64,000 bases of DNA from Woeseiaceae bacterium (lineage in GTDB: Bacteria; Pseudomonadota; Gammaproteobacteria; Steroidobacterales; Woeseiaceae). The DNA is taken from positions 2,033 through 66,032 of the forward strand of contig JBFHXJ010000006.1 of assembly GCA_041598995.1 (NCBI GenBank), in the 5' to 3' direction. Of this stretch, positions 54,528 to 62,486 are shown piece by piece. Position 1 is the stretch's first letter. Every line of letters starts with the position of its first letter. Made by a program: the position numbers and the translations under genes. The notes beneath the pieces were generated by a model. That model was not told the DNA's origin and did no database searches. It saw nothing but the letters and a program-made list of their open reading frames with translations.

Positions 54528-56456
54528 ATGATGTTGTATGACAGTCTGACGCACATCCTGAACGATGCGCGCGATAAAGCACGAAATATTCGTTTCATCG
54601 ACGGCGCGAAGAATGAAAGCACGCTCTCGTTTATGGATCTGTGGGCGAGCGCGGTCGAACTGCTCGGCGAATTGCAGCACGGTGGCCTGCAGACCGGCGA
54701 TGAACTGATCATCTATACGCAGTCCAATCGAAAATTTCTCATTGCATTCTGGGCCGCCGTGCTCGGTGGCATCGTCCCCGTACCGATTGCGGTAGGCATC
54801 AGCGACGAACATCGCGCAAAGCTGTTTCGCATCATGCGGCAATTACGGCGTGCCACCATCTACACGGATCACGAGCTCCACAAGCGGCTGCAGGATTACG
54901 CGAGACCACGGGATTACGCCGATATCATGGAGAAACTCAGGTCGCGGGCACTGATCGACGAAAACATCGGGGGCGGGAAGCCCGGAGAAGTTGTCGATGC
55001 GAAGCCCGAGGACCTGGCCTTCATCCAGTATTCATCCGGCTCGACCAGCGATCCGAAGGGCGTCTGCCTGACGCATGCCAATCTGACATCGAATATCCGC
55101 GCCATCGTCGAGGGCACGGCGTGGGATGCGAGCGACCGCAGCCTGAGCTGGATGCCGCTCACCCACGACATGGGCCTCATCGGTTTCCACCTGGGCGTTC
55201 TCGCGGCCGGCATGGAGCACGCCGTCATGGATACGGGACTGTTCGTGCGCCGGCCGCTCTTGTGGATGCGCAAGGCAAGCGAGCTCAATGCGACGCAACT
55301 CTGTTCGCCGAATTTCGGCTACAAGCACTTCCTGAAGCTCTTTCACCACAAAGGTTTGGACGGCCTGGACCTGTCGGCGGTGCGGCTGATCCTGAACGGT
55401 GCCGAACCGATCTCCTGGGATCTGTGCGAGGAATTCCTGAACGCGATGGCGCCCTTCGGCTTGAAACGCACGACGATGTTGCCGGTCTACGGGCTGGCGG
55501 AAGCGACCGTCGCGGTCACCATCCCGACGGCCGGTCGTGAATACGACCGGATCATCGTCGATCGTCATGACATCCGCGTCGGCCGGCCCTATACCGCGCT
55601 GGCCGATGATGATGCGGATGCCGTGAGTTTCGTCAAAGTCGGGCGCGCAATTCGCGACTGTGAAATTCGCATCGTCGACGACGCCGACAAGGAACTCGAC
55701 GCAAAGGTCGTCGGGCACATCCAGGTCAGGGGCGCAAACGTCACGCAGGGCCTGTACGGCGAAGATCGGGGGGAGCTGTTCGCGGACGGTGACTGGCTGC
55801 GAACCGGCGATTGCGGCGCCATCGTCGACGGCGAGCTCGTCATTACCGGGCGCGCCAAGGACATCATTATCGTCAACGGGCAGAACTATTATCCGCACGA
55901 CATCGAGGACATCATCGCGAAACTGGACGGGCTCGATCTCGGCAAGGTCGTAGTCTGCGGTGTCGGCCCGCTCAAGAGCCGGTCCGAAGAGCTGCTCGTG
56001 TTCGTACTCTATCGAAACGACATCGAGTCTTTCAGACCGCTGGCCGGCGCGGTGCACGAGATCGTCGGCAGTCAGGCCGGTCTCGAGATCCAACACGTCA
56101 TCCCGGTGACGCGCATCCCTAAAACGACGAGTGGCAAGTTGCAGCGCGTCAAGCTCGCGGAAGCCTACCTCGACGGTGAATTCGACGAGGCGATTCGCGC
56201 CTTGTCTGCCGCAACGGGCGACACGCAAGGACTCGACGACGATCCGCTCGTGCGGGAACTCGAGCTCCTGACACGCGAGTTTTCCAGGGAACGAAGAATC
56301 GGTCCGGACGACAACCTGTTTGAAGTCGGCGTGAGTTCTCTTACACTGACGGAAATCGTGCTGGCCATCGACGAGCGTTATCCCGGAAAAGTAGATATCA
56401 GCGACCTCTTCGACCATCCCACAATTCGCGAGCTCGCCAGCTTCATTCGACGATAG
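54528..56456 (+). CDS. fatty acyl-AMP ligase (FAAL) fused to a C-terminal carrier (ACP/PCP) domain
   Basis: The adenylation motifs are 'FIQYSSGSTSDPKGVCLTHANL', 'SWMPLTHDMGLIG', 'YGLAEATV' and 'WLRTGDCG'. The carrier-domain serine context is 'LFEVGVSSLTLTEIV'. The start abuts the P450 stop with a 0-nt gap. Confidence 0.88.
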   Translation: MMLYDSLTHILNDARDKARNIRFIDGAKNESTLSFMDLWASAVELLGELQHGGLQTGDELIIYTQSNRKFLIAFWAAVLGGIVPVPIAVGISDEHRAKLFRIMRQLRRATIYTDHELHKRLQDYARPRDYADIMEKLRSRALIDENIGGGKPGEVVDAKPEDLAFIQYSSGSTSDPKGVCLTHANLTSNIRAIVEGTAWDASDRSLSWMPLTHDMGLIGFHLGVLAAGMEHAVMDTGLFVRRPLLWMRKASELNATQLCSPNFGYKHFLKLFHHKGLDGLDLSAVRLILNGAEPISWDLCEEFLNAMAPFGLKRTTMLPVYGLAEATVAVTIPTAGREYDRIIVDRHDIRVGRPYTALADDDADAVSFVKVGRAIRDCEIRIVDDADKELDAKVVGHIQVRGANVTQGLYGEDRGELFADGDWLRTGDCGAIVDGELVITGRAKDIIIVNGQNYYPHDIEDIIAKLDGLDLGKVVVCGVGPLKSRSEELLVFVLYRNDIESFRPLAGAVHEIVGSQAGLEIQHVIPVTRIPKTTSGKLQRVKLAEAYLDGEFDEAIRALSAATGDTQGLDDDPLVRELELLTREFSRERRIGPDDNLFEVGVSSLTLTEIVLAIDERYPGKVDISDLFDHPTIRELASFIRR

Positions 56457-56463
56457 GCGCCAT

Positions 56464-57432
56464 ATGACACATACAACGATCGCCGGAACCGGGGGTTATT
56501 TGCCCGAACGGGTGATGACCAACGAGGAGTTCGAGAAGATCGTCGAGACTTCGGACGAATGGATACGCGAGCGCTCGGGTATCAAGCGGCGACACATCGC
56601 AGCAGATGGAGAGACCACAGCCGACATGGCGGTCGCGGCCGCCCGCGAGGCCATGAGCGCGGCGGGCGCAGAGCCGGGTGACATCGACCTGATCATCGTC
56701 GCGACGACGACACCGGATAAGGTATTTCCGAGTACGGCCTGCATCGTGCAGCGCAGGCTCGGCATTCGCAGGATCGCCGCATTCGACGTGCATGCAGCCT
56801 GTTCCGGTTTTATTTACGGACTCGATATTGCGGACAGGTTTGTCAGGACGGGGGGCGCGAGCTGCGCATTACTCATCGGCTCGGAAACCTATTCGCGCAT
56901 CCTGGACTGGAGCGACCGTTCGACCTGCGTGCTGTTCGGCGACGGCGCCGGCGCCGTCGTGCTGAGGGCCGCGGACAAACCCGGCGTGCTATCGACGCAC
57001 ATCCATGCCGACGGCAAGCACGAAGACCTGCTGCATGTGCCGGCAGGTATTTCCTCCGGCTACGAGCAGGTGCGAAAGGAAAGCGCCTATATCCAGATGA
57101 ACGGCCACGCCGTATTTCGTAAAGCGGTTTCCGCCCTCGGCACGATCGCGAACGAGACGCTGAACGGCAACAACATCGACAAGCACGATATCGCTTGGTT
57201 CATCCCGCACCAGGCCAACCTGCGCATCATCACCGCAGCCGCAAAAAAACTCGACCTGCCGATGGAGCGGGTCGTGGTGACCGTGGACGAACACGCGAAT
57301 ACCTCGAGCGCCTCCATCCCGCTGGCGCTCGACGTGGCCGTCCGGGACGGCCGCATCAAGCGCGGCGAGCTGCTGCTCTTCGAGGCATTCGGCGCCGGGC
57401 TCACCTGGGGCTCCGCACTCGTCCGATATTAG
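56464..57432 (+). CDS. fabH: beta-ketoacyl-ACP synthase III
   Basis: Collinear with E. coli FabH, with 'AFDVHAACSGFIYGL' (Cys), 'IPHQANLRII' (His), 'HANTSSASIPLAL' (Asn) and 'GAGLTWGSALVRY'. It starts 7 nt after the FAAL-ACP stop. Confidence 0.93.
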   Translation: MTHTTIAGTGGYLPERVMTNEEFEKIVETSDEWIRERSGIKRRHIAADGETTADMAVAAAREAMSAAGAEPGDIDLIIVATTTPDKVFPSTACIVQRRLGIRRIAAFDVHAACSGFIYGLDIADRFVRTGGASCALLIGSETYSRILDWSDRSTCVLFGDGAGAVVLRAADKPGVLSTHIHADGKHEDLLHVPAGISSGYEQVRKESAYIQMNGHAVFRKAVSALGTIANETLNGNNIDKHDIAWFIPHQANLRIITAAAKKLDLPMERVVVTVDEHANTSSASIPLALDVAVRDGRIKRGELLLFEAFGAGLTWGSALVRY

Positions 57433-57620
57433 TTCCGGGCTGGTAAAAACTTTCCCGATAGCACAAATTTAGTGCCGGCTCCTGGGGCTAAGTGCTTGCT
57501 TTGCAATGCTTTCCTTGGGAACTCGCGATAACTGCTAGACTTGGCCCGCCTTTCAAAGCACTGCCAATGGTGCGCCATAAAAAACAAGGCACGACAAAAA
57601 CGATAAAAGAGGGGAAAATC

Positions 57621-57929
57621 ATGGATCTCGCAAAAATCGTAAGGTTAGTAGCGGTTCTGTTCGCGGTGGTCGCCGGCCTGGTCGCCATCCCGCAATCTGC
57701 AGTTATCATCGCGGTCCTTGGGCTGGTGGTCGGCTGGTTCGTCGAAGAGGAGCGACGCAAGATCTTCATGCTGTTCGTCCTGACGCTGGCGCTGGTACAC
57801 GGGGCGCTGAGCCCGATTCCGGCCGTCGGTGGCTACCTGACGGATATCCTGGCGAGTCTGAGCGCGCTGGCGAACGCGGCCGCCGTTACCGTGATCACCA
57901 TGATCACGTTCGAGCGCATCAAGCCATAG
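57621..57929 (+). CDS. small integral membrane protein (about 3 TM)
   Basis: The ATG follows an AAGAGGGGA RBS. The 102-aa product is hydrophobic ('VRLVAVLFAVVAGLVAI', 'IIAVLGLVVGWF'). The track ORF starts at 57492. Confidence 0.65.
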   Translation: MDLAKIVRLVAVLFAVVAGLVAIPQSAVIIAVLGLVVGWFVEEERRKIFMLFVLTLALVHGALSPIPAVGGYLTDILASLSALANAAAVTVITMITFERIKP

Positions 57930-57948
57930 AACGCACTCGCGCTTGTGG

Positions 57949-57980
57949 AAAAGGCCCGCAGCGCGGGCCTTTTCTGTTTC
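57949..57980 (+). terminator. rho-independent terminator
   Basis: The stem GGCCCGC / GCGGGCC has loop AGC and can extend through AAAA/TTTT. It is followed by TTTTCTGTTTC, 20 nt after the membrane-protein stop. Confidence 0.8.
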
Positions 57981-58133
57981 TGAACCAGATGTCACTTCAT
58001 GAATATTACATAAAGTACTGAATTTAAAGAAAACTAGCCCGCGATTTGTGAGTCGGTTCACGTTTCGGGCCAGTCGCTGTCTCTATACTGCGACACATAT
58101 GGATGTCGCCAGATGGCGACAGGATTGGGAAAA

Positions 58134-58319
58134 ATGGCGAGAAAGCACTTAATCGAGACGCCGCTGTCGCAGACCAACGTTTCGTTGAGCCTGTCCTTGA
58201 TCCAGAAGCAGTGCGAAGAGCTCTTAAACCTCGACGAAACGGAACTTGCGCTCGAGGACGACGAAGAGCTGTCTGCTTCCGGCAAGTATTCGTGCAATCC
58301 CTACGATAGCAGCAAGTAA
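58134..58319 (+). CDS. small acidic hypothetical protein (61 aa)
   Basis: The product is MARKHLIETPLSQTNVSLSLSLIQKQCEELLNLDETELALEDDEELSASGKYSCNPYDSSK. Third-codon positions are G/C-rich like the neighbouring genes, and AGGA lies 11 nt upstream. The competing antisense ORF is a Ser-run artefact. Confidence 0.45.
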   Translation: MARKHLIETPLSQTNVSLSLSLIQKQCEELLNLDETELALEDDEELSASGKYSCNPYDSSK

Positions 58320-58350
58320 GAAGCGCGTCCGCGCCACGCCAGACAGCCGA

Positions 58351-59109
58351 TCAGGGCTGCTGATTTCCGCTTGCGTCCTCGTTCTCCGGGCAGGGTCCCG
58401 GCGGCAAGGTGTGCAGATCGCGAATCAGCAAGAGCCGCCATACCCAGAGACCGAGAATCAATAACGCGGCGACCGGCAGGGTCGACGCGGGCATTGCAAT
58501 CACCAGGAAATCGTAAATGCCGTGCAGGAACGCGGTGATCGCCAGCACAGCGATCACGATCCAGAAGATAGGGCGCCGGCACAGGTAAGCCCGGCCGATG
58601 TAGTAACCCCAGATCGACGCGAACACGATATGTATGACGGGCCCCGCGAACCCTCTCGCAACCGCTTCGAACCCCGTCAGGTATTGCAAGAAGCGGAAGT
58701 TCTCGACCGCCGCGAAACCGAGCGCGATAAAGGACGCGTAAATGATGCCGTCCACGGGTTCGTCGAACTCCCTGAAATGGATGATGACGGCCAGGAAAGG
58801 GATCAGCTTGGCCAGCTCCTCGATCACCCCGATGCCGAGAATCGCGTAAACGAGGAGCCCGGCCGGGCTGGTCTCGGCAAGCGCATAAGCGTCGTAGCGA
58901 AGTCCCACGAGATCCAGGCCGCGGTACATGGCGAGCCCGAGATAGGCCGAACCCACGCCGAGCAGGAAAGCGACCATGAGATGGGTGGCAGGTTCCGGCA
59001 GGTGGCGGTCCTTGTAGTAGTGATAAATCGCCCAGAACAGCACCGGGACGACGATCGGGATCAGGAGCAGGGCGGGGACCATCATGCGGGGATCGTCCAC
59101 TCGGCGCAC
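58351..59109 (-). CDS. prsW: PrsW-family intramembrane glutamic endopeptidase
   Basis: Polytopic, with 'IGVIEELAKLIPF' (EExxK), 'GFAAVENF' and 'AFLHGIYDF' (HxxxD). Confidence 0.8.
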   Translation of the reverse strand: MRRVDDPRMMVPALLLIPIVVPVLFWAIYHYYKDRHLPEPATHLMVAFLLGVGSAYLGLAMYRGLDLVGLRYDAYALAETSPAGLLVYAILGIGVIEELAKLIPFLAVIIHFREFDEPVDGIIYASFIALGFAAVENFRFLQYLTGFEAVARGFAGPVIHIVFASIWGYYIGRAYLCRRPIFWIVIAVLAITAFLHGIYDFLVIAMPASTLPVAALLILGLWVWRLLLIRDLHTLPPGPCPENEDASGNQQP

Positions 59110-59121
59110 AGGCCGGCCAAC

Positions 59122-59682
59122 TCAGCGTCGCAGGGCAGGGTACTCACCCTTCATCCAGGCCTGCCCGATCGCCTTCATCGGCAGGTCCAGGCTAAGCTCG
59201 GGTACTTCCAGGGCCACCCAGGCCGTGAACGAGTTGCTGTTCGGGCCCGGCCACATCTTGTATTCACGCTGGTAGGGATAGTTCAGTGCCGCCTCGTGGA
59301 CGCGGTCGATGAGCGCCTCGGCCTGGACGCCGCGCAGCTCGTGCAACAGGATCGCCGGAGAGCGCGCCCAGGGACGGTCCGGGTCGCGATTGCTGATTCT
59401 GACGACGGTGTTTTGCCGCCGCAGATTCCATCTGACGACTTCGTATACCTGGTATTCCGCGGCGCCCCGCGCCTTGGTCGCGATCCAGGTGTGGATCGCG
59501 AAATTGCCACGAAATCCCCATACATCGCCGCCGTACACCTGGATAATGGCTTCCTCGTGCTGGGCGGGGTCGGGCGCGACGGCGGCACCGAAAGGCTCGG
59601 GCTCGATCGCCCAGGAGGTCATCCACAGGGACGCGGCCGAAAGGCCGATCAGCAAAACGATGCCGTACATGATTCTCCTCAT
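59122..59682 (-). CDS. DUF3750-like membrane-anchored protein
   Basis: An N-terminal anchor is followed by 'FAIHTWIATK', 'YQVYEVVRW' and 'YKMWPGPNSNSFTAWV', which match my memory of DUF3750. It lies 12 nt upstream of prsW. Confidence 0.6.
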   Translation of the reverse strand: MRRIMYGIVLLIGLSAASLWMTSWAIEPEPFGAAVAPDPAQHEEAIIQVYGGDVWGFRGNFAIHTWIATKARGAAEYQVYEVVRWNLRRQNTVVRISNRDPDRPWARSPAILLHELRGVQAEALIDRVHEAALNYPYQREYKMWPGPNSNSFTAWVALEVPELSLDLPMKAIGQAWMKGEYPALRR

Positions 59683-59731
59683 CGTATTGATCTTTGCTCC
59701 AGCGTGTGATTAAAAGCGCCTCAAACTGGAT

Positions 59732-60508
59732 TTGACCGTGACGGGCTTGAAAATTTCAAGGAAATTGCTGCTGTTGCTGCTCCTGTCGTGGGGGCTGTCG
59801 TCCTGCGCGACGACGATACGCACGGAAACGGTACAGCGCTACCAGAGCAGCGATTGCGTCGTGCTGTTACACGGTCTGAACCGCAGCTGGCGCACCATGG
59901 ACAAGATGGCGGCGGCGCTGCAGGAGGAGGGATTCTCCACGGCTAATGTCGATTACCCGTCATCGACCATGACGATCGAGGAACTCGCGCCGCGGGTAGT
60001 CGGCGAGGGACTCAGCCAGTGCCGCCAGACCGGCGCCACCACGATTCACTTTGTCACGCATTCGATGGGCGGCATCCTGGTCCGGTACGTCCAGGCGTAC
60101 GATCCGATCCCCGGCCTCGGCCGCGTCGTCATGCTCGGCCCGCCCAACCAGGGCAGCGAAGTCATCGACGCTACCAGAAACCTGCCGGGCATCGGGATTC
60201 TTTCAGGAGAGGCGGGTCTGCAGCTCGGCACCGACGAGGAGAGCATTCCGGCACAGCTGGGTCCGGTCGATTTCGAGCTCGGCGTGATCGCAGGGACCGG
60301 TACCATCAACCCGTTCATGTCGGCGATGCTGCTGCCGGCGGAAGACGACGGCAAGGTCACGGTGGCCCGCACCCGGATCAAAGGCATGGACGATTTCAAG
60401 GTCGTCCCCGACTCGCATTTCGCGATGATGAAGAGCGACTCCGTCATCGCTGCCACCGCGCGTTTCCTGCGCACCGGCAGCTTCGTCGTGCCGTTCGAAC
60501 TCGACTGA
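59732..60508 (+). CDS. alpha/beta-hydrolase lipoprotein (lipase/esterase-like)
   Basis: The lipobox is 'SWGLSSCAT', the nucleophile elbow is 'FVTHSMGG', and 'VVLLHGL' is also present. It uses a non-ATG start (TTG 59732, GTG 59738 or TTG 59747). Confidence 0.75.
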   Translation: MTVTGLKISRKLLLLLLLSWGLSSCATTIRTETVQRYQSSDCVVLLHGLNRSWRTMDKMAAALQEEGFSTANVDYPSSTMTIEELAPRVVGEGLSQCRQTGATTIHFVTHSMGGILVRYVQAYDPIPGLGRVVMLGPPNQGSEVIDATRNLPGIGILSGEAGLQLGTDEESIPAQLGPVDFELGVIAGTGTINPFMSAMLLPAEDDGKVTVARTRIKGMDDFKVVPDSHFAMMKSDSVIAATARFLRTGSFVVPFELD

Positions 60509-60516
60509 CAATGTTT

Positions 60517-61119
60517 CTAGTGGTTCGCGAGCAGGCCCGGATGCGCCTCAAGCCAGGTCGTGGCAAGGCTCGTGGCCTCGGCGACTTGCTCGGGCGACAT
60601 CTTCGGGGTCAACTCGTCGCGGTCTGAGGCGGCACCGAAATCGCCCAACTCGGACGCGATGTTGAACCACTTGTGCGCCTGCACGTTGTCCTGCGCCACA
60701 CCGAAACCGCGCAGGTACATCTTGGCGACAGCGGACTGCGCCTCCACGACTCCCTGTTCAGCGGCCAGGATGTACCACCTGAACGCTTCGTCGTCGTTCT
60801 GCGGAACGCCCCAGCCATTGGCATGCATGACGGCGAGGTTGCATTGTGCCTGGGCGTGCCCCTGATCGGCGGCCAGGCCGTACCACTTGATTGCCTGCGC
60901 GTCGTCGAGGTCCACCCCGAATCCGTTGGCATACAGCAGCCCCAGGCCGAACTGGCCACTCGCATCGCCGGCTTCGGCCAGCGGCTGCCACTCGGCGAGG
61001 GCTGTTTCGTAGTCGCCGGAATCGTAAGCCTGCTGGCCCTTGGCGAAGTCGGCGCCCCAGCTGGCCGGTGCGAAAAACAGTAGAAGTGTCAGAATGAAAC
61101 CCACAAGGCGTGCAGGCAT
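60517..61119 (-). CDS. Sel1-repeat (SLR/TPR-like) secreted protein
   Basis: The signal peptide follows the internal ATG at 61119 ('MPARLVGFILTLLLFFAPASWG'). Repeated 'A..WY..AA.QG...AQ..L..MY..G.GV' units are present. Confidence 0.82.
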   Translation of the reverse strand: MPARLVGFILTLLLFFAPASWGADFAKGQQAYDSGDYETALAEWQPLAEAGDASGQFGLGLLYANGFGVDLDDAQAIKWYGLAADQGHAQAQCNLAVMHANGWGVPQNDDEAFRWYILAAEQGVVEAQSAVAKMYLRGFGVAQDNVQAHKWFNIASELGDFGAASDRDELTPKMSPEQVAEATSLATTWLEAHPGLLANH

Positions 61120-61474
61120 GCGTCGTGACTCCTGGCGGCGCGAGCGATGCGCCGTCTCAGCTACGTGTATTGTCGGCAATCTGTCGCTCTGTACTCCATT
61201 CGGTTTTGTACTTAGACAGCAGCACCCCGGTTCAGTCCAATTTCCACTGACCCGCGGGGCGGCAATACGTGTCTCTTTTCCAGTATAACGCGCTGAAATT
61301 TAGAAATTTTCTTACCGACGTCGAGAGATAATACAATAACGTATTGATTTATCTTCAGTTTTATGGAAACTTGCCGCTTATGCGCAGCTGAACGCGGATC
61401 GCAGGTATGGCTGACCGCACGCGTTCCCCCACGGAGTAATTTGCCGCTATTCAAAAAGATTGACGATGGGACGC

Positions 61475-61906
61475 ATGAACGACAGGGCATCAGGTGGATT
61501 CACGCTGATTGAACTGATCGTCGTTCTGGGCCTCCTCGCGATCATGGCCGCATTCGCTTATCCGCGCTTCGCCATGATCGAGGCCGAGGCACGCGTGGCG
61601 CTCGTCGAGAGCCTGGGCGCCGCCGTTAGCTCCGCGGCGCAACAAGCACATTATCTGTGGATACTTCAGGGCCGTCCCGCGACGGTCAACATGGAAGGCG
61701 AGACGATCGCCATACTCAACGGCTATCCCGACGAGGCGAGCATCGACGATACCTTGACCGACTACAGCGGCTTTCAATTCAACAATGCCGCGGTTGCCCG
61801 ATTCAGAAAGTCGGGTGCGCCGGCACCGAATACCTGCATGGTGACCTACGAAGATGCCATTGCACCCCAGAGACCGATCGTAACGGTCTATACCTCCGGC
61901 TGCTGA
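61475..61906 (+). CDS. prepilin-type N-terminal cleavage/methylation domain protein (orphan pilin/pseudopilin)
   Basis: The leader 'MNDRASGG' is followed by 'FTLIELIVVLGLLAIMAAFAYP', and a C-terminal Cys pair is present ('NTC...SGC'). Earlier in-frame starts exist at 61460 and 61466. Confidence 0.82.
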   Translation: MNDRASGGFTLIELIVVLGLLAIMAAFAYPRFAMIEAEARVALVESLGAAVSSAAQQAHYLWILQGRPATVNMEGETIAILNGYPDEASIDDTLTDYSGFQFNNAAVARFRKSGAPAPNTCMVTYEDAIAPQRPIVTVYTSGC

Positions 61907-61928
61907 CTCGCAGGTCCAGGCTCGATCC

Positions 61929-62117
61929 TCAGTGCAACCACTCGGCCTCTTGCTGATCCGGTCCCGCCACATCACGCGGCATCCAGCTACCGGTACCGCG
62001 GAATACGGACATGGCGGCAGCCCGCCGTAACCAGGCGTCGCGTAACGCCGTCCCAGACGTTACGGGAACCGCGCGAAGCCGGCAGCGGTAGCGCGCGCTG
62101 TCTGCGTGCTTTTTCAT
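61929..62117 (-). CDS. candidate 62-aa ORF translationally coupled to the His-rich lipoprotein gene
   Basis: This is the in-frame distal part of track ORF 61929..62291. Its ATG (62117-62115) overlaps the TGA of the upstream gene as ATGA. Third-codon positions are G/C-rich. There is no recognisable family (MKKHADSARYRCRLRAVPV...). Confidence 0.3.
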   Translation of the reverse strand: MKKHADSARYRCRLRAVPVTSGTALRDAWLRRAAAMSVFRGTGSWMPRDVAGPDQQEAEWLH

Positions 62118-62314
62118 GATTTGCGGCAGTCCCAGTGGCCGCGGTGGCGCCAGCAGTGCGCCTTTGCCGGCCTGACCTTGTACACGACGTGATGCGCGCC
62201 GTGATAGTGGGCATGCTGATGCGCCGGCACGACGACCGTCCTGGTCGCGCAGCCTGCCAGCAGCAGGACCGCAAGCAGGGCCGAAATCCATGTGGCTGTT
62301 TTCACTGTCTTCAT
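62114..62314 (-). CDS. His-rich micro-lipoprotein (66 aa)
   Basis: An AAGGA RBS lies 7 nt upstream of the ATG at 62314. The lipobox is 'LLLAGC'. The 45-aa mature part has 9 His and 3 Cys ('HQHAHYHGAHH', 'HCWRHRGHWDC'). Confidence 0.6.
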   Translation of the reverse strand: MKTVKTATWISALLAVLLLAGCATRTVVVPAHQHAHYHGAHHVVYKVRPAKAHCWRHRGHWDCRKS

Positions 62315-62486
62315 CAATAAGTCCTTTTATCGGGCGTTCCCTGTATCAACGCGCCGCCCGCGGTTTGGTTGACGTGAGAATCAGACGGCAACGAAAGCCA
62401 GAGGGCACAGCCAAATTCCGCGAATCGCATCGACTACAGCGGGATATAATCAGTGGTTCAGACCCGGATCAGAACAACAAGAAACG

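Noticed and set aside
55032-56417. 461-aa minus-strand ORF
   Set aside because: It is an antisense shadow of the FAAL-ACP gene.
57645-58297. Minus-strand ORFs of 138 aa and 79 aa in the low-GC pocket
   Set aside because: The first is mostly antisense to the small membrane protein gene. The second is antisense to the acidic 61-aa ORF and contains a Ser-run (SSSSSSSASS). The plus-strand ORF has the genome-typical third-position bias.
58522-59709. 395-aa plus-strand ORF
   Set aside because: It is antisense to prsW and the DUF3750-like gene and spans their boundary. It is Arg/Asp-rich with no motifs.
61408-61422. Possible sigma54 -24/-12 element (TGGCTGACCGCACGC) upstream of the pilin gene
   Set aside because: The GG-N10-GC spacing fits, but the -12 region (ACGC) and the flanks match the TGGCAC-N5-TTGC consensus poorly. 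A second candidate (TGGAAACTTGCC) has the wrong spacing. The evidence is not good enough to call.
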